64,000 nt of DNA from Lytechinus pictus (lineage: Eukaryota): positions 7,938,001 through 8,002,000 of the forward strand of contig NC_087251.1 of the NCBI RefSeq assembly GCF_037042905.1, written 5' to 3'. The notes below the pieces were generated by a model that saw only the letters and a program-made list of their open reading frames with translations, was not told the DNA's origin and made no database searches. Made by a program: the position numbers and the translations under genes. Of this stretch, positions 1 through 12,329 are shown one piece after another (within the stretch, counting starts at the first letter, position 1; each line of letters begins with the position of its first letter).

Positions 1-1481
1 TAATGAGTTCTTTAGACCCCATTTCAGGGATTTGTGAGGCACTCCCAGGTCAAAATATGATTTGAGCAACCCCCCCCCCCCCTGCATGAAAGCTGATCCG
101 GAAGACGCATGTTGCCTATAGCATCGTGATTGATGCTTGGTATTAAAGCAACCCTGGTGATTATAGCGGGTAACAAATGTTCTGTGGCATGTAAGTTGAT
201 ACTATCTACGTACATGTGTGTATAAATTAATGTGCTACCAACAATTTGCATCCCAAGAGATGAGGCTAGCTTTGTACGAATTTCTACAAGTTTTCTGAGG
301 AAAAATACAATTGAAATGCCAATATTAGTGTGGTGTATAGGGGGAAAAACACACTTTTCACAAATTACCAATACCATCATGTTTTATACTAAAAAAAATA
401 GTGGTATTCAAACTACACCACCAGTGTTCTCAGAGGACCACACCAAGCATATATATATAACACTAGTGTTAAATCTATGGTGTTAAACATGCATTGGTGT
501 TATTACAATATGAATTGGTATTAGTATACATTCAGTTTGTTGCTTAGTGCTATGCTAGCCACCTGAGTGCTTAGTGTATGGTCCTCTCAAGACACGGACA
601 AGTGTTATTCTGAAAGGATGCAAAAGCCAGTGTACATTGAGCATGCCCAGTTTGAGAACTATTTTACAAGTGTGAATGCTCCACATGGAGTGGATGAGGT
701 TCATACATTATGACCAGGGTAATCTGAAAAGTGCAGAGATATCATGTTTCATACACAGTATAAAAGTGAAATAATTTATTTGTACTCTAAACACTCTAAC
801 TTTACAGAGTACTAAGTTCCAATAGCAGGAGAGCCCCATGGATTTTTTTTATTGTTATTTTTTTTAAATTTATTTGTTTATTTACACAAATCTATTTATA
901 TAATTTCTTTCTAATTTTGTTATAATTTTTTTTTTCCATGGGGGGGAATGAATTTGTATCATATGTCTGTATATATAGGACTACTTCTAGGCAATACAAT
1001 AAATATGTATTTCACCTTCCTTTCAGTCATCTTGCACTATGTGCCTTCAATGGTTGTTAAATGATATACATACAATATTTTTGTCCATCATGATACCCTG
1101 TGTTATTAAAACCAACATACTATTAGCATTCAGGACAGAGGGAATTGGAGATGCATTGAAGCAGCTGTATGTTTTTCCTATATGCTGCAGTACATAAGCT
1201 TCACAAATTGATAATAAATAAAATTTGCTCCATTGAAGCATAGCTTGCATTTAATTGATTGATGTATTCTGTAGTGGTTTATACTACCAAATGTACGCTT
1301 GTGTCTTTTTTCTTTTTTTTTAGAAGGGGGGGGGGGCAATAAGAGGATATTAAAATCTTGATGCATATTTTGAAATGTATTTCATGTATCAATGCGTCTG
1401 TGCCTACAATTTTTGATAATACTTTATTTACCCTAGAATTGATAAAGTTACTGCCTAGTTTTATTGCAGGTTAAACTAAAA

Positions 1482-1830
1482 AGGTCAAGTCCACCCCAGA
1501 AATAATTTGATTTTAATCAATACAGAAAAAATAAGCATAGATAAAAAATTCATCAAAATTTTATGTAAATCAAGAAAGTTTTGACACTTCGCTTATTTTT
1601 CCCCAAACATTCACATGCACAACTCGATGATATGCAAATATGAGAGTCGATTATGTCACTCACTGACTTTGTTTCTTATCATTTGAACAATACAATTTAT
1701 TTCAAACTACAGATTTGACAAAAAGGACACTCTTGATAGAACCATAAAATTTTAAAGCAATGGTAATATCACATGTTCAGGGAGGAATGAAACTTTGTTT
1801 CACATGAGGAGAAAATTATGGTATTTTCCT
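1482..1830. mobile_element. Truncated copy of TTAA-type (Kolobok/T2-like) MITE family B
   Basis: Begins AGGTCAAGTCCACCCC and is collinear with the left half of the copies at 27706 and 55689. Right end is missing and the boundary is approximate. Confidence 0.7.
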
Positions 1831-2024
1831 CACTCAGAAAAAGTGCAATGTATTAATGTATATATTTTGTAATTTCCAGATATATTATTTTTGAGCTGCA
1901 AGAGGGATATCTGATAATCTCATGAATATCAAACAAAAGCATACATTATATCTGTCTTTATATACAAGTATGTGTAGATGGTTAACATTTTCCTACACCT
2001 TATCTCCTTCATCTTTGAATACAG

Positions 2025-2111
2025 GTGGTAATAAACGTCAAGCAATTGAGTACTATAGGAAGGGAGTTGATGAGCTCGAGAAGGGTATTGCTGTGGACTG
2101 CAGTAAACCAG
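2025..2111 (+). CDS. SPAST: Spastin coding exon (MIT domain), first coding exon visible in window
   Basis: acag|GT...CCAG|gtaaag; 87 bp, phase 1-1; translates GNKRQAIEYYRKGVDELEKGIAVDCSKP, matching the spastin MIT helix (human exon 2 is also 87 bp, from memory). Confidence 0.93.
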
Positions 2112-3355
2112 GTAAAGTATGAATATAACAGTAAATTAAAAAAATAGTAAGTCTTCTCCTGGGTTATCTATTGCAAAGATTCTTGCTTGAGGTATCAGTA
2201 TGTTCCTTTTTTATTTACTGAAGTGTGTTGAATGTGACACACAATTCTGTAAACATTTATTGGCCTTTAGATCCCAAACATTCAAGAATGAAATATTATT
2301 GGGATTTTTTTTTTTTAAATATATTTTTGCCAGAGTTATCGTTAAGGGACCAAAGCATGAAATGCAGAACTGCTTGTGTGAATGTTTGTGTCTGTTTATA
2401 AAATAATATTGGTGGGGGAACCCTGTATGTAATTTTGCAAACAGCAGCCTGGTTGGAATAAGTCTTATACATGTTGAAACAATGAAGCATTTAATGCCCA
2501 ATTTTGCTTTCAGCAGATAAAACATAACATTTATTGTTGCATCTCCTTTGTAAGCTACTCCGGACTATGGCTTATGGTCCCTATCTGTTTTCGTGATCTT
2601 CAATTTGCTTGTATATCTGCTTTATACATTTTATGATTTCACAAAGTTAATTTTGCATATAAAATGATATACGGGTACTAGCCCTAGATTTAGATATATG
2701 GTGACAGTTATTTTATATGTTATTTTTACCCATCTACAATGATATGCCCAACTGTGGTTCAGTGCCATGCAAAAATAAGCTTTGAGGACAGAAGATAAAT
2801 GCTGACCTTTTCCAAAACTGGCTTCACATTAACTATCATCAGTGGAAAAGAAAGCCGCATGCTCCCTACTACTTCTCTTTCCAATTACCGAATCCAGAGA
2901 GTACATTGAATCTGACTCTCAGGTAACATTTGAGATGGGAATGAGTGTTTTTGAGAATGGTAGAGGAAGGAAAGTGGGATTGATGGAGAAATAGATGTTG
3001 ACATGTACATGTAAGGTGTGGAAGGGATAGCTTCAAGAAGGAACAGGACATTGCCAATACACTGTAAATATCTGACATTCAAAACCTTGAAATGTACAAT
3101 TGATTTTTTTGGGGGAAGCAAATAAACAACATGATGTATCTCTGACATCTTAATGAGAAGGAAATATTTGGTTTTGACGATGTCTAATGAAAGTTACCGC
3201 TTGACCTCAAGAAAAAGAGTCAGTCATCAAGGTCTTCCAAATTATATTATTCATTTCTTTATGATTATTTATGTACTGTGAGACAAAATTAGCTTCCTTA
3301 CAAATTTAGTCAATCAATCAAAATGCTGCCAATTTAAAAAAGAAAAATGAGTATT

Positions 3356-3972
3356 ACCCTTTTTACACAGGATTTTCTTAACCCCGGACTATCGCTAACC
3401 CCGTACTATCCTTAACCCCGTACTATTTTTTTTCCTTTTCACACATGCCAAATTGTTATTGCTAACCCCGGATAAGGAATGCTTGCTTTTCACACACGAA
3501 ACTCGCTAACCCCGGACTAGTGGTAGCTCATGAATATTCACGAGCGCACTGAGGGGTCATTCGGGTCATATCCAAAATCACGCGCGCTTTAAATACATTT
3601 GTCGATCATTCAAGTACTTCACTCGGAATTTCTCATCGCCGTGTTCGCTATTCATGAATATTCATTATGCTTACCTCTGATTGGACAACAGGGCCGGCTC
3701 TGTTGCGGGGCATGAATGGGAGCACTTAGCCCACTTACGTTTTACACTAGCGATCTTAACCCCGTACTTTCGCTCTTAGCACCGCAATTGCTGGGATAAC
3801 CCTGCTTTTTTGCAGGACCAAATAATCCCGTACTAAAGGTGGGGTTAGCCCACTTTGCAAAAATGCTGTGTAAAAAGAAAGTGGGCTAAACTTACTATAG
3901 GTAGGGCTAAATAACAATTTAGCCCCACCTATAGTACGGGGTTAAGGAAATTTTAGCGTGTGTAAAAAGGGT
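3356..3972. mobile_element. Non-autonomous DNA transposon with repeated subterminal TAACCCCG(G/T)ACTA motifs
   Basis: TIR ACCCTTTTTACAC...GTGTAAAAAGGGT flanked on both sides by ATT. An alternative reading is TA-flanked CCC...GGG ends. Interior is CpG-rich. Confidence 0.8.
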
Positions 3973-6900
3973 ATTTATGTCTTTGAAGGAAAGTGATGTT
4001 GATTGGCCAGAAATGATAAAGTGGTCCCCAGCTGTGAAGGTGTATACTTAAATACTAGTCATCAATCAATATCAAATAAGAAACATACAACTATAATTCA
4101 ATCAAGCTATGAGTAATCATTGTAGGTAAGCATAGCAGTCAGTTGTTGTTTTATGAATAAAAGGAAATAACAAATTTAATCAGGCTAGAGATGCTAATAT
4201 ATTTGACTAGTAACACTTTAAAATGAGTATTTTTTTAAATTGTCAAATTCTAATACATTTCTTTTAATTTTTTAAGTTTTGTTTTGTTTTATTCATTGTA
4301 TACCAGTAACGCTGAACTAAATAAATATCTCAAAACAATAGGCACATTGTATGTACCCTGATGTTACCAGTGAAGCTGTTAGTTTGATGCTTTCAAGGAA
4401 TGAGGTCTTCATTAATACCTTCTCTTGATCTAGTTTGATATGTTGCAAATAGGGGAAATATAAAAAAAATGTGTTCTCTGTGACGCTTCATATCGTACGA
4501 TTCAATCAGTTACCCCCCCCCCCTGCATTTTGCCTTAAGAATTGTTTTGCTCATTTTGATTTTTATCGCTCTTTAAACCTACAATTCTATATGATGGAGG
4601 ACAAATCATTGGTGGTCATCTGAACGGTCGTATTACACATACGATATAGCAAACCCATTTCAGAGAAAATATACTTCAAAGTTTGCTATAATTTTCACAT
4701 TTTGTTCCCCAGCCTTACAACATTTCCATTGCTACATGTAGAAAAGTACATGGTTGGAAAGACCAAGACAATTGTTTGACAATGGTATCTTTATTTAAAA
4801 CCAAGAATCAGAGAACATATATCGCAAAAGAGCTACATGCTTGCAACAAAGTGCAAATACGAAGGTTTTGCTGACCACGCATATTTTGCATATTCAATGT
4901 GCGCGGATGTTGTTTGCTTTACTACGGTACAAATTTCCAATGGGATTTACGATTTTTATAACAAATTTCTATGGCATCGCCGTGAAAATCCCCAGATATC
5001 TCAGAAAATGTTTAATAAATCGCTGCCTAGATATTTAATTAGGTATAGAATAGGACTTGTAATTTAATTTTCTGCAAAAATCTCAAAATCATTTTCTCAA
5101 ACCAAAATTGACTGAAAAGACGGTTTGGATGAACGCCGATGAAATATATGATGATACATGATTCTCTCCCTCACTCCCTGTCCCTCTCTCCCTTTCTCTC
5201 TCCCCCCACCCTTGTTCGAACATGTTCTTTCCATATTATCTGTATTTCTCTCCCTGCATCTATTTCATCTGAGTAGCTCCATCCATTAAGGTATACATGT
5301 CTATCTCATCTTATATTCTGAAGAAAGGCCCCAGGCTTGATATGAATGATATTTATAGCTCTTATCATGGTTATAGCACTGCCCTTATGAATAATTGATC
5401 AACTCACCCATCATTTCTGCTCCATTTCCACCCCAAGCATCCCTACGCAGTGACCAGTGACCAACTCTGTCATCAAGGTGTATCGGTCAATTGACCAGTT
5501 CGGAATCCACTTTGGCAGTTATGGCCACTTTAAAGATTCAAAGAATGGCTTTGATTTTTCAGATTTCAACAACCTGCTACTACAATTATAAGTGGATTAC
5601 TATTCAAAATTGTTGAAGACAGGAATGTCCATTAAGGAACATCTCTTCTGAATCGTTATCAAGTTTTCACTGATATGCAGTTTGAAATAGAAGAACATTA
5701 GCTAACAGCTAACACAGTCTGTACAAACCAAGACTTAATTCAGAAAAAAATAATAAACAAGCTTTAGTTATATGTTTGACACGCCCTGCTTCTACTTGAC
5801 TATGAGGAGTTGAGGTGATTGTATTAGTACTAATTTCCTGAAGGTACAGTCCCAAAGGAAATAGTTTTAACGCAGATACCAAAATCCTTTGAAAATGTTA
5901 GATGGTGTCTGAAACAAACATACCCCTCATTTCTTTGTGATAGCTACCTCAACAGCATGCTGATTTAGTTAAAGAGAGAACAATAAAACGAATGCAATAC
6001 CAAAAAGTTATCAATGTAAATCAGTTGTAAATTGATGACCGACATTAGCCAAGTAGAGAAGAATTAGCCAAAGAACTACTATCAATATTTATCCTTCAAA
6101 ATTATTCGGAAGGCAAATGGTACAAGGTTTAACATTTACTTACCACTGATTAGAAAGTGAGATCAGTATGATATTCCAGGGGAGCAACATGACTTTTCAT
6201 TTGCAGTAGAGTTTTGCAAGTCACTGCTTGGATTTCTCCACAAGGCACTTCTGAAAAATACTTCAAATAAAAACAAATTTACTCAATTACATTACTCTGG
6301 TGATGATAAATAGGGGGGGAGGGTGCATTCTATTCCAATCATGTCAGTTATGACCATAAGAAAAAAAGATAATTGATTCCTGAATATTATAGTCCAATGG
6401 TCCACCCTCAGAATAATTGTCTTTTTAGATCAGTATCTATATAATAACAAAAATCTTGCTGTGCAGGATACAATGAGTAAATTAATGTTGAGTGTGGTTT
6501 GAATTAAACATTACTTTGCTGCTACATTATCTCTTCAATCAAGAAGTTGTGCTTCAAAAATTGAGTGACAGCTTTTTTACGAGAGTTAGCTCTTATCTCC
6601 AGGGAACATTGGTGAGGGTTAGGGGAGATGGTATTGTGCCTGTCTGATAGCTACACATTAGCAGTACATTAGCTTCACATGATTGCCATCAACCCATCTA
6701 TTCATCACAACATTATGACTTCATGACTGTGAATGTTAATGAGATGGTTAAATGAAACTTCTCGCTTGTAAAATCAATGTGTTTGTATGCAAGGCCATGT
6801 GTGCCTATTTCCTGGTGTTTCAATCAATGTGGTAATTTCTTACTTGTTTAAAATTCTGCAACTAATATAGTAAAAAAGAGTGTTCTTCATTGCTTTAGAT

Positions 6901-7323
6901 ATACAGTCCATGAAGACATGCAGAGAAAATATCATCAAGGTTTATACTTTTATTGAAATAGATCCCATTTCTGGAGCAATATGGTTTAAAACTTAGAAAA
7001 CTATCACTGAAAACTAGCAAAGTAAATGTCCAAAAGTTTACTGTGGCTTAGTTGTCTTTAAATACAATGCTTAGGGATCTACTTTCAATAATCATTCCCA
7101 TTGGTTTATCTATATAACGAAGGTGAGGAGTGAGGAATAGTGATGGAAAGATGCTTATGGGATTCCTGTGCGAAAGAAGAGACTCTAACTTTTTATTAGC
7201 TGCCTTATACCTCAGACACATTTGCTCTACGGCAGCCGTACGATGAGTTGAAAACAACAGTTTTAACATTTTTTATAATAGCTACATATAGGTGGTTTGA
7301 ATAAAAATGAATAAAAAGTATTA

Positions 7324-7823
7324 GGGTGTGTTCAATGTTGATTTTCAAATTTAAACGGCAGCATGAATCATGTTTGAAAACTCAAATTACGAAACACAGA
7401 ACACAAACACAATCAGCGGTGCAGGGTTCATTGTCGAAAATATAGCTGATTATTTGTTGACCATCTTTAAATTGCCCACTTTGTTAGCGCAGCTTAAGTG
7501 CAGTTTGACCCATCACAGTAAAGGCAAATTCTGGCAACTATTTGTGTAGGCTTCCACTGTGAGAGCAAATTTAAAGATGTTTCAGTGTTGCATTCACGAT
7601 GGTGAAGGTCGTAAAATCTATAGCTGATCGCATTTACAAATGCGTCTTTTCGACGTTTAAATTTTCCTCCAAATTATGATTTGAGAGACGTTTACTTTTA
7701 CGACTGGGAATGGAGGAAATTGAACACACCCTTTGTTTCTCATTATATCCGCTTTTTGTAATCACGTTTTTGATCATGATTCATGTTGCCATTTAGATTT
7801 AGAAACAGACATTGAACACACCC
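7324..7823. mobile_element. PIF/Harbinger-type MITE
   Basis: TTA|GGGTGTGTTCAATGT...ACATTGAACACACCC|TTA; imperfect TIR of about 50 bp and 3-bp TWA TSD. An extra internal copy of the right end lies at about 7720-7732. Confidence 0.82.
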
Positions 7824-7848
7824 TTAATGGCAATGCTTGTGTATCAGC

Positions 7849-8048
7849 AATAATAATAATATGTGCTTATATAGCGCTTAACATTCACTTTATTATGAGA
7901 AGTCTCCATTAAAAACGCTCTACGGTAATGCAGCATGATTACCCTTGCTTTAGCAGAGCAACTGTTGCATTTCAAGGATTAAATTCCCACCAGGTAACCA
8001 TTCACCTCACCTGGGTTGAGTGCAGCACAATGTGGATAAATTTCTTGC
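7849..8048 (-). mobile_element. SINE 3' fragment
   Basis: Reverse strand ends in AAGCGCTATATAAG...(TTA)n, a typical SINE tail. The body is the reverse complement of 41476-41590. Confidence 0.6.
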
Positions 8049-9660
8049 AATGTGAGATGATTGTTGTGAAGAATTGCAGAAGATGGGCTCTAAATGGTAT
8101 AACCCACTGGGTGAGAAGTGTGATTGAGATTCATATATTCACTCATGAATGATTCAGTTTTACACCTTTCATTCTGCCTTTCGTTGATTTATCGTAACCT
8201 TCATGGTTGACACGATGGCATAATGAACGCATCGTTGCTTAAAAGCCGACCCAAATATTGATTTCTCCTTGCACCACTGACGAAACTCTGGGGATCGATG
8301 AAACTGTGAATGAATGAAAACTCAAACAGGATTCGCCTTTTGGTGAGATGGTCTTGAATTCTGATTAAATTTTGAATTCATTAAAGTCACTGACTAGTTC
8401 AAATCCTCATTTTCCATTCCTCTTTTTTATCCTGCTCCATTTAATCTTTTCTTGTAGTTCTATTCACTATTTTCCCATAGTCAATAATATGTTTTCATGT
8501 TTATTTCCATCATGCTGCAAAAGATATTAAGTAATAAAGTGTTTAAAAAATAGACAGGGTTATAAACAACACCACAAGAGTAAAAGATAGAGAAAGAGCT
8601 GTTGAAGAGAGGTTCATCGAAAACAAACCGGACAGAATAGAGAGGAGCAAGATGAGAGAGATACCAATGTGGAACTTTCAAACATGGTTGATCTCTGTAA
8701 AATGGATTAGTCTTTGGGCATGCTGTCCTATCATATTGCAGGTTGCCATGTAATCGTCATACTTTTTTCATATACTTCTAAGAAGAAGATGGAAAAGAAT
8801 GGTACAAGAGAAAGGGTGTGATTAAGTAATTGAAGAGGTGCCCACAGGTTTTTGGGAGAGGATGTTGTTCCTTGGGGAATACTGGTCTTTGAGCTTGAGG
8901 ACTGCTTCTTTCGTGACGAGAATGGAAAATGAAAGGTTGAGGAGGAGGGGAATAGATGATGAGTGGAAGGGTAAACCTACAGGTGGTAGTTTCGGCACAC
9001 GGGTCACATGATCACACCCATGTCTCGTCACCTTCAATGGCCCCTCCAGCATTGTTTTCTCATGTAAGAGCTATAGTGTCGCCAGCATGACTCACGTAAG
9101 CTCAGGTTATTATGAATATTCATGATGAAGCCTATTTTTGACCAGTTTGTAAGCTTTGTACAGTTGCCAATCAAGAGGTTAGTCTTTATTCATCATAGAC
9201 CATGCATTTATGACTGAACAATTAAATGATGTAATTTCTGCTAGAAGGAGCTGTAATTCATTGAATCTTTACTCCAGTCCAGATTCAGCTTTTAATGAGA
9301 AGGTGGCAAATGGGCACACTAGCAGGAACATCTGTGTTCCTATGAGCAAACTCATGTGTATATATTGTAGCTTGAAATGATCTTATTTGCTGATGCTGAT
9401 GACAAAGAAAATAAATAAATACACCCTAAAACAAGAAGTATTAATAAACAATTTGAACCAACCTCCTTAATTGCATTTTGTAGTTGATTAACTCAGATAA
9501 GAAGTTTATATTCATATTTATTTTGCCGTCTATTCCTTTGTCAGCTGGTATTATTTTCACATTGTGAATTGTATCCATATTTCCTCCATCCTCCCCTCCC
9601 ACGTTTGCTTCATTTCTCCCACCATCATGTCATCATCTCTTCTACTCTTCATCTTCTGTA

Positions 9661-10127
9661 ACGGTCTCACAGGCCTAATTCATTCCCCATAGACTCGTGT
9701 GTTAAATTGGCACTTTAAAAAATTCATAAAAAATAAGGATGAAATTCGAGGGTCGAATGTTTACTACCAGTGGATAGGATATATATCTGGCAATCCATAT
9801 CTGACCAGAAAAGGGTCCCTCGACCGGCTCATTTTAAAAATAAATTGGCGTGTTTGAAGACACCATCGGGGGGAGCAGATTCATCACCTCAAACAGCAAA
9901 ATAGCCCTAATCCTTCCGCCAGTCAAAATATAGTCCAAAATTGATGATATTTCTTCCCAATTTGGGAAAAGGAAGTTCAGTAATTACCAAAAATAGAATC
10001 AGTGTTAGATGGACAATCATATGCATACACTTTGTCAATCAGCCATATCAAAATAAAAAAAATAGCAATGGGTTGGCTCGAATGAATATCTCTTGCTTTC
10101 CCAATGTTAATAGGCCCGTGAGGCCTG
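9661..10127. mobile_element. 467-bp MITE, copy 1 (probable TA-flanked Tc1/mariner type)
   Basis: Imperfect TIR GGTCTCACAGGCCTA / TAGGCCCGTGAGGCCTG; near-identical to 11105-11571, with unrelated flanks. Confidence 0.85.
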
Positions 10128-11104
10128 TAATGTATGGCACATGAATGTTTCTTTTTAATTTACCTTCCTGGCTCTTCTTTAACATCTGTACACTCACTTT
10201 ATCACAAAGAAATGCATGAAATATACAGATGTGTTATGTAATTACCAATTCTAATGTTACTCCTAATGTCTAGTGCCCTATGGATTTATACACATCCTAC
10301 CTGCCTATATGTAGCTCAACAATGGATGCAATGTAGGGCCCAAATCCTATAATACAAATTGTAGATATGAATAGTGTGCATATCTGGATGCAAGATCTGC
10401 CCACAATATAAATACCAGATTCACATGAGTTAAATTAGATAACAATAAAAAGAAATGGGAATCAACATACAAGCATACTAATGCATTCACATCTTCCTAT
10501 GACAAGGGCCCAAGGGGTGTCAGAGAGACAGGGAGAGAGGGGGGTTAGATGGCTTGTATTCTAAATGGATGGGGGCTAGTCTGGCTAGAAGTCAGTAAAA
10601 GTTGAACAAGATAGCAGTAGCACTCATTCTCAGCCCCCCCCCAAACATACTAACTATGCTTTTCTCTACCCCCCCCCTCCCTATTGAATCCACCACTCTT
10701 CAGTCAAATTCTAAAGTTTCCTCTTCTCCTTCCCTTCCCCATGGACCAATTTCACAAGTGCAATTGATGCAAGGCCTATCTAATGTGTACTATATCTTGT
10801 GATGGGTGCTATACACAATTTACAGCAGCACTCGTCGGTATACGAAAACACACGACAACATGTAACGCAGAGACAAACACCCAGCCTACACAGCCTAGCC
10901 TAGGTACACAAACACAGAGTTACTAATACAAATTTGTTACCTGTTATACCCCCTGTAGCCTTGTATATAGCCATGAAGTTGAGTTTTGGGACCTCTTGAT
11001 GATTGAAACATGTATACTAGTGAAAGCAATCTGCTACTGAAGAGTTTGGGCAGGTATTTCATCAACTAGGGAATTCCCCTTGTAATAGGCTATGGTCAAG
11101 GTTA

Positions 11105-11571
11105 GAGGTCTCACAGGCCTAATTCATTCCCCATAGACTCGTGTGTTAAATTGGCACTTTAAAAAATTCATAAAAAATAAGGATGAAATTCGGGGGTCGA
11201 ATGTTTACTACCAGTGGATAGGATATATATCTGGCAATCCATATCTGACCAGAAAAGGGTCCCTCGACCGGCTCATTTTAAAAATAAATTGGCGTGTTTG
11301 AAGACACCGTCGGGGGGAGCAGATTCATCACCTCAAACAGCAAAATAGCCCTAATCCTTCCGCCAGTCAAAATATAGTCCAAAATTGATGATATTTCTTC
11401 CCAATTTGGGAAAAGGAAGTTCAGTAATTACCAAAAATAGAATCAGTGTTAGATGGACAATCATATGCATACACTTTGTCAATCAGCCATATCAAAATAA
11501 AAAAAATAGCAATGGGTTGGCTCGAATGAATATCTCTTGCTTTCCCAATGTTAATAGGCCCGTGAGGCCTG
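11105..11571. mobile_element. 467-bp MITE, copy 2
   Basis: TA|GAGGTCTCACAGGCCTA...TAGGCCCGTGAGGCCTG|TA; same orientation as copy 1. Confidence 0.85.
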
Positions 11572-12242
11572 TAACTGGTGGAATACATCCATGATCAAAC
11601 CATGATGAGAATTGTTGCAGGATCATTGAATTCTAGCCTTGAGCTAGGTATAGATTGAACCCGTTAGTAATGCCTTCCCAAGTTCTCATTATCCATTGAT
11701 GAATAACCTAAATCCTTTAAATGAGATACCTCCATCTTTGTGTCATTTGTAATCTATGTCAGGATCCTTCCAATTTCTTAGCATTTACAGCAATGCAATT
11801 TTTTTCTGTTGTTGAATATGTGTATTATGATGAGAGTTTTTACACTTATTGTATTTGTAAATAATAAAATATTTTCTTTATTAAGGGAGAAATTTCATAT
11901 ATCTGCTTAAAGTAAATGTTTGAATGAAAGTGAGATAAATCACTTTTTTATATTTAATTTAATTACATTAGACTTAACGTTCCATTAAAAACACATTTAC
12001 ATATTGATTTTCTGGAGTCTATAACAGATAGATTAGATTAGATTGTGTTATTGGAGAGTTGTGTTCTCTTGGTTTTTCCAATCAATGAAGTTGATCACAA
12101 TGTTCTATACTCTTTGATTGGGTGTTATCACTTAACATAAATTTAATCTAAAGTCACCTTACTCTTTGAAGTTTTTTTGTACAACCTGTATTGATTTTTG
12201 TTAAATTTTATTCTTACATCTATTTCCATATCTTTTATCCAG

Positions 12243-12329
12243 GAATAGAATGGGAGAAAGCCCGTAAAATACAAGAAAAGATGAAGAAAAACCTTACGAT
12301 GGCAAAGGAAAGATTGAACATCTTAATAA
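12243..12329 (+). CDS. SPAST: Spastin coding exon (end of MIT domain)
   Basis: tttatccag|GA...ATAA|gtaagt; 87 bp, phase 1-1; (G)IEWEKARKIQEKMKKNLTMAKERLNILI, matching the third MIT helix. Absent from the ORF track because it is short. Confidence 0.93.

Noticed and set aside
4478..5145. CpG-enriched stretch resembling a transposon remnant
   Set aside because: I could not define matching termini or a TSD, and there is no second copy in the window.
8274..8310. Second hammerhead candidate (CTGACGA...GAAAC)
   Set aside because: The boxes are present but stems II and III do not pair convincingly.
9941..11594. Duplicated 67/69-aa ORF (MMIFLPNLGKG...)
   Set aside because: Lies within the twin MITEs, begins at TTG, runs off the element end and has no transposase motif.
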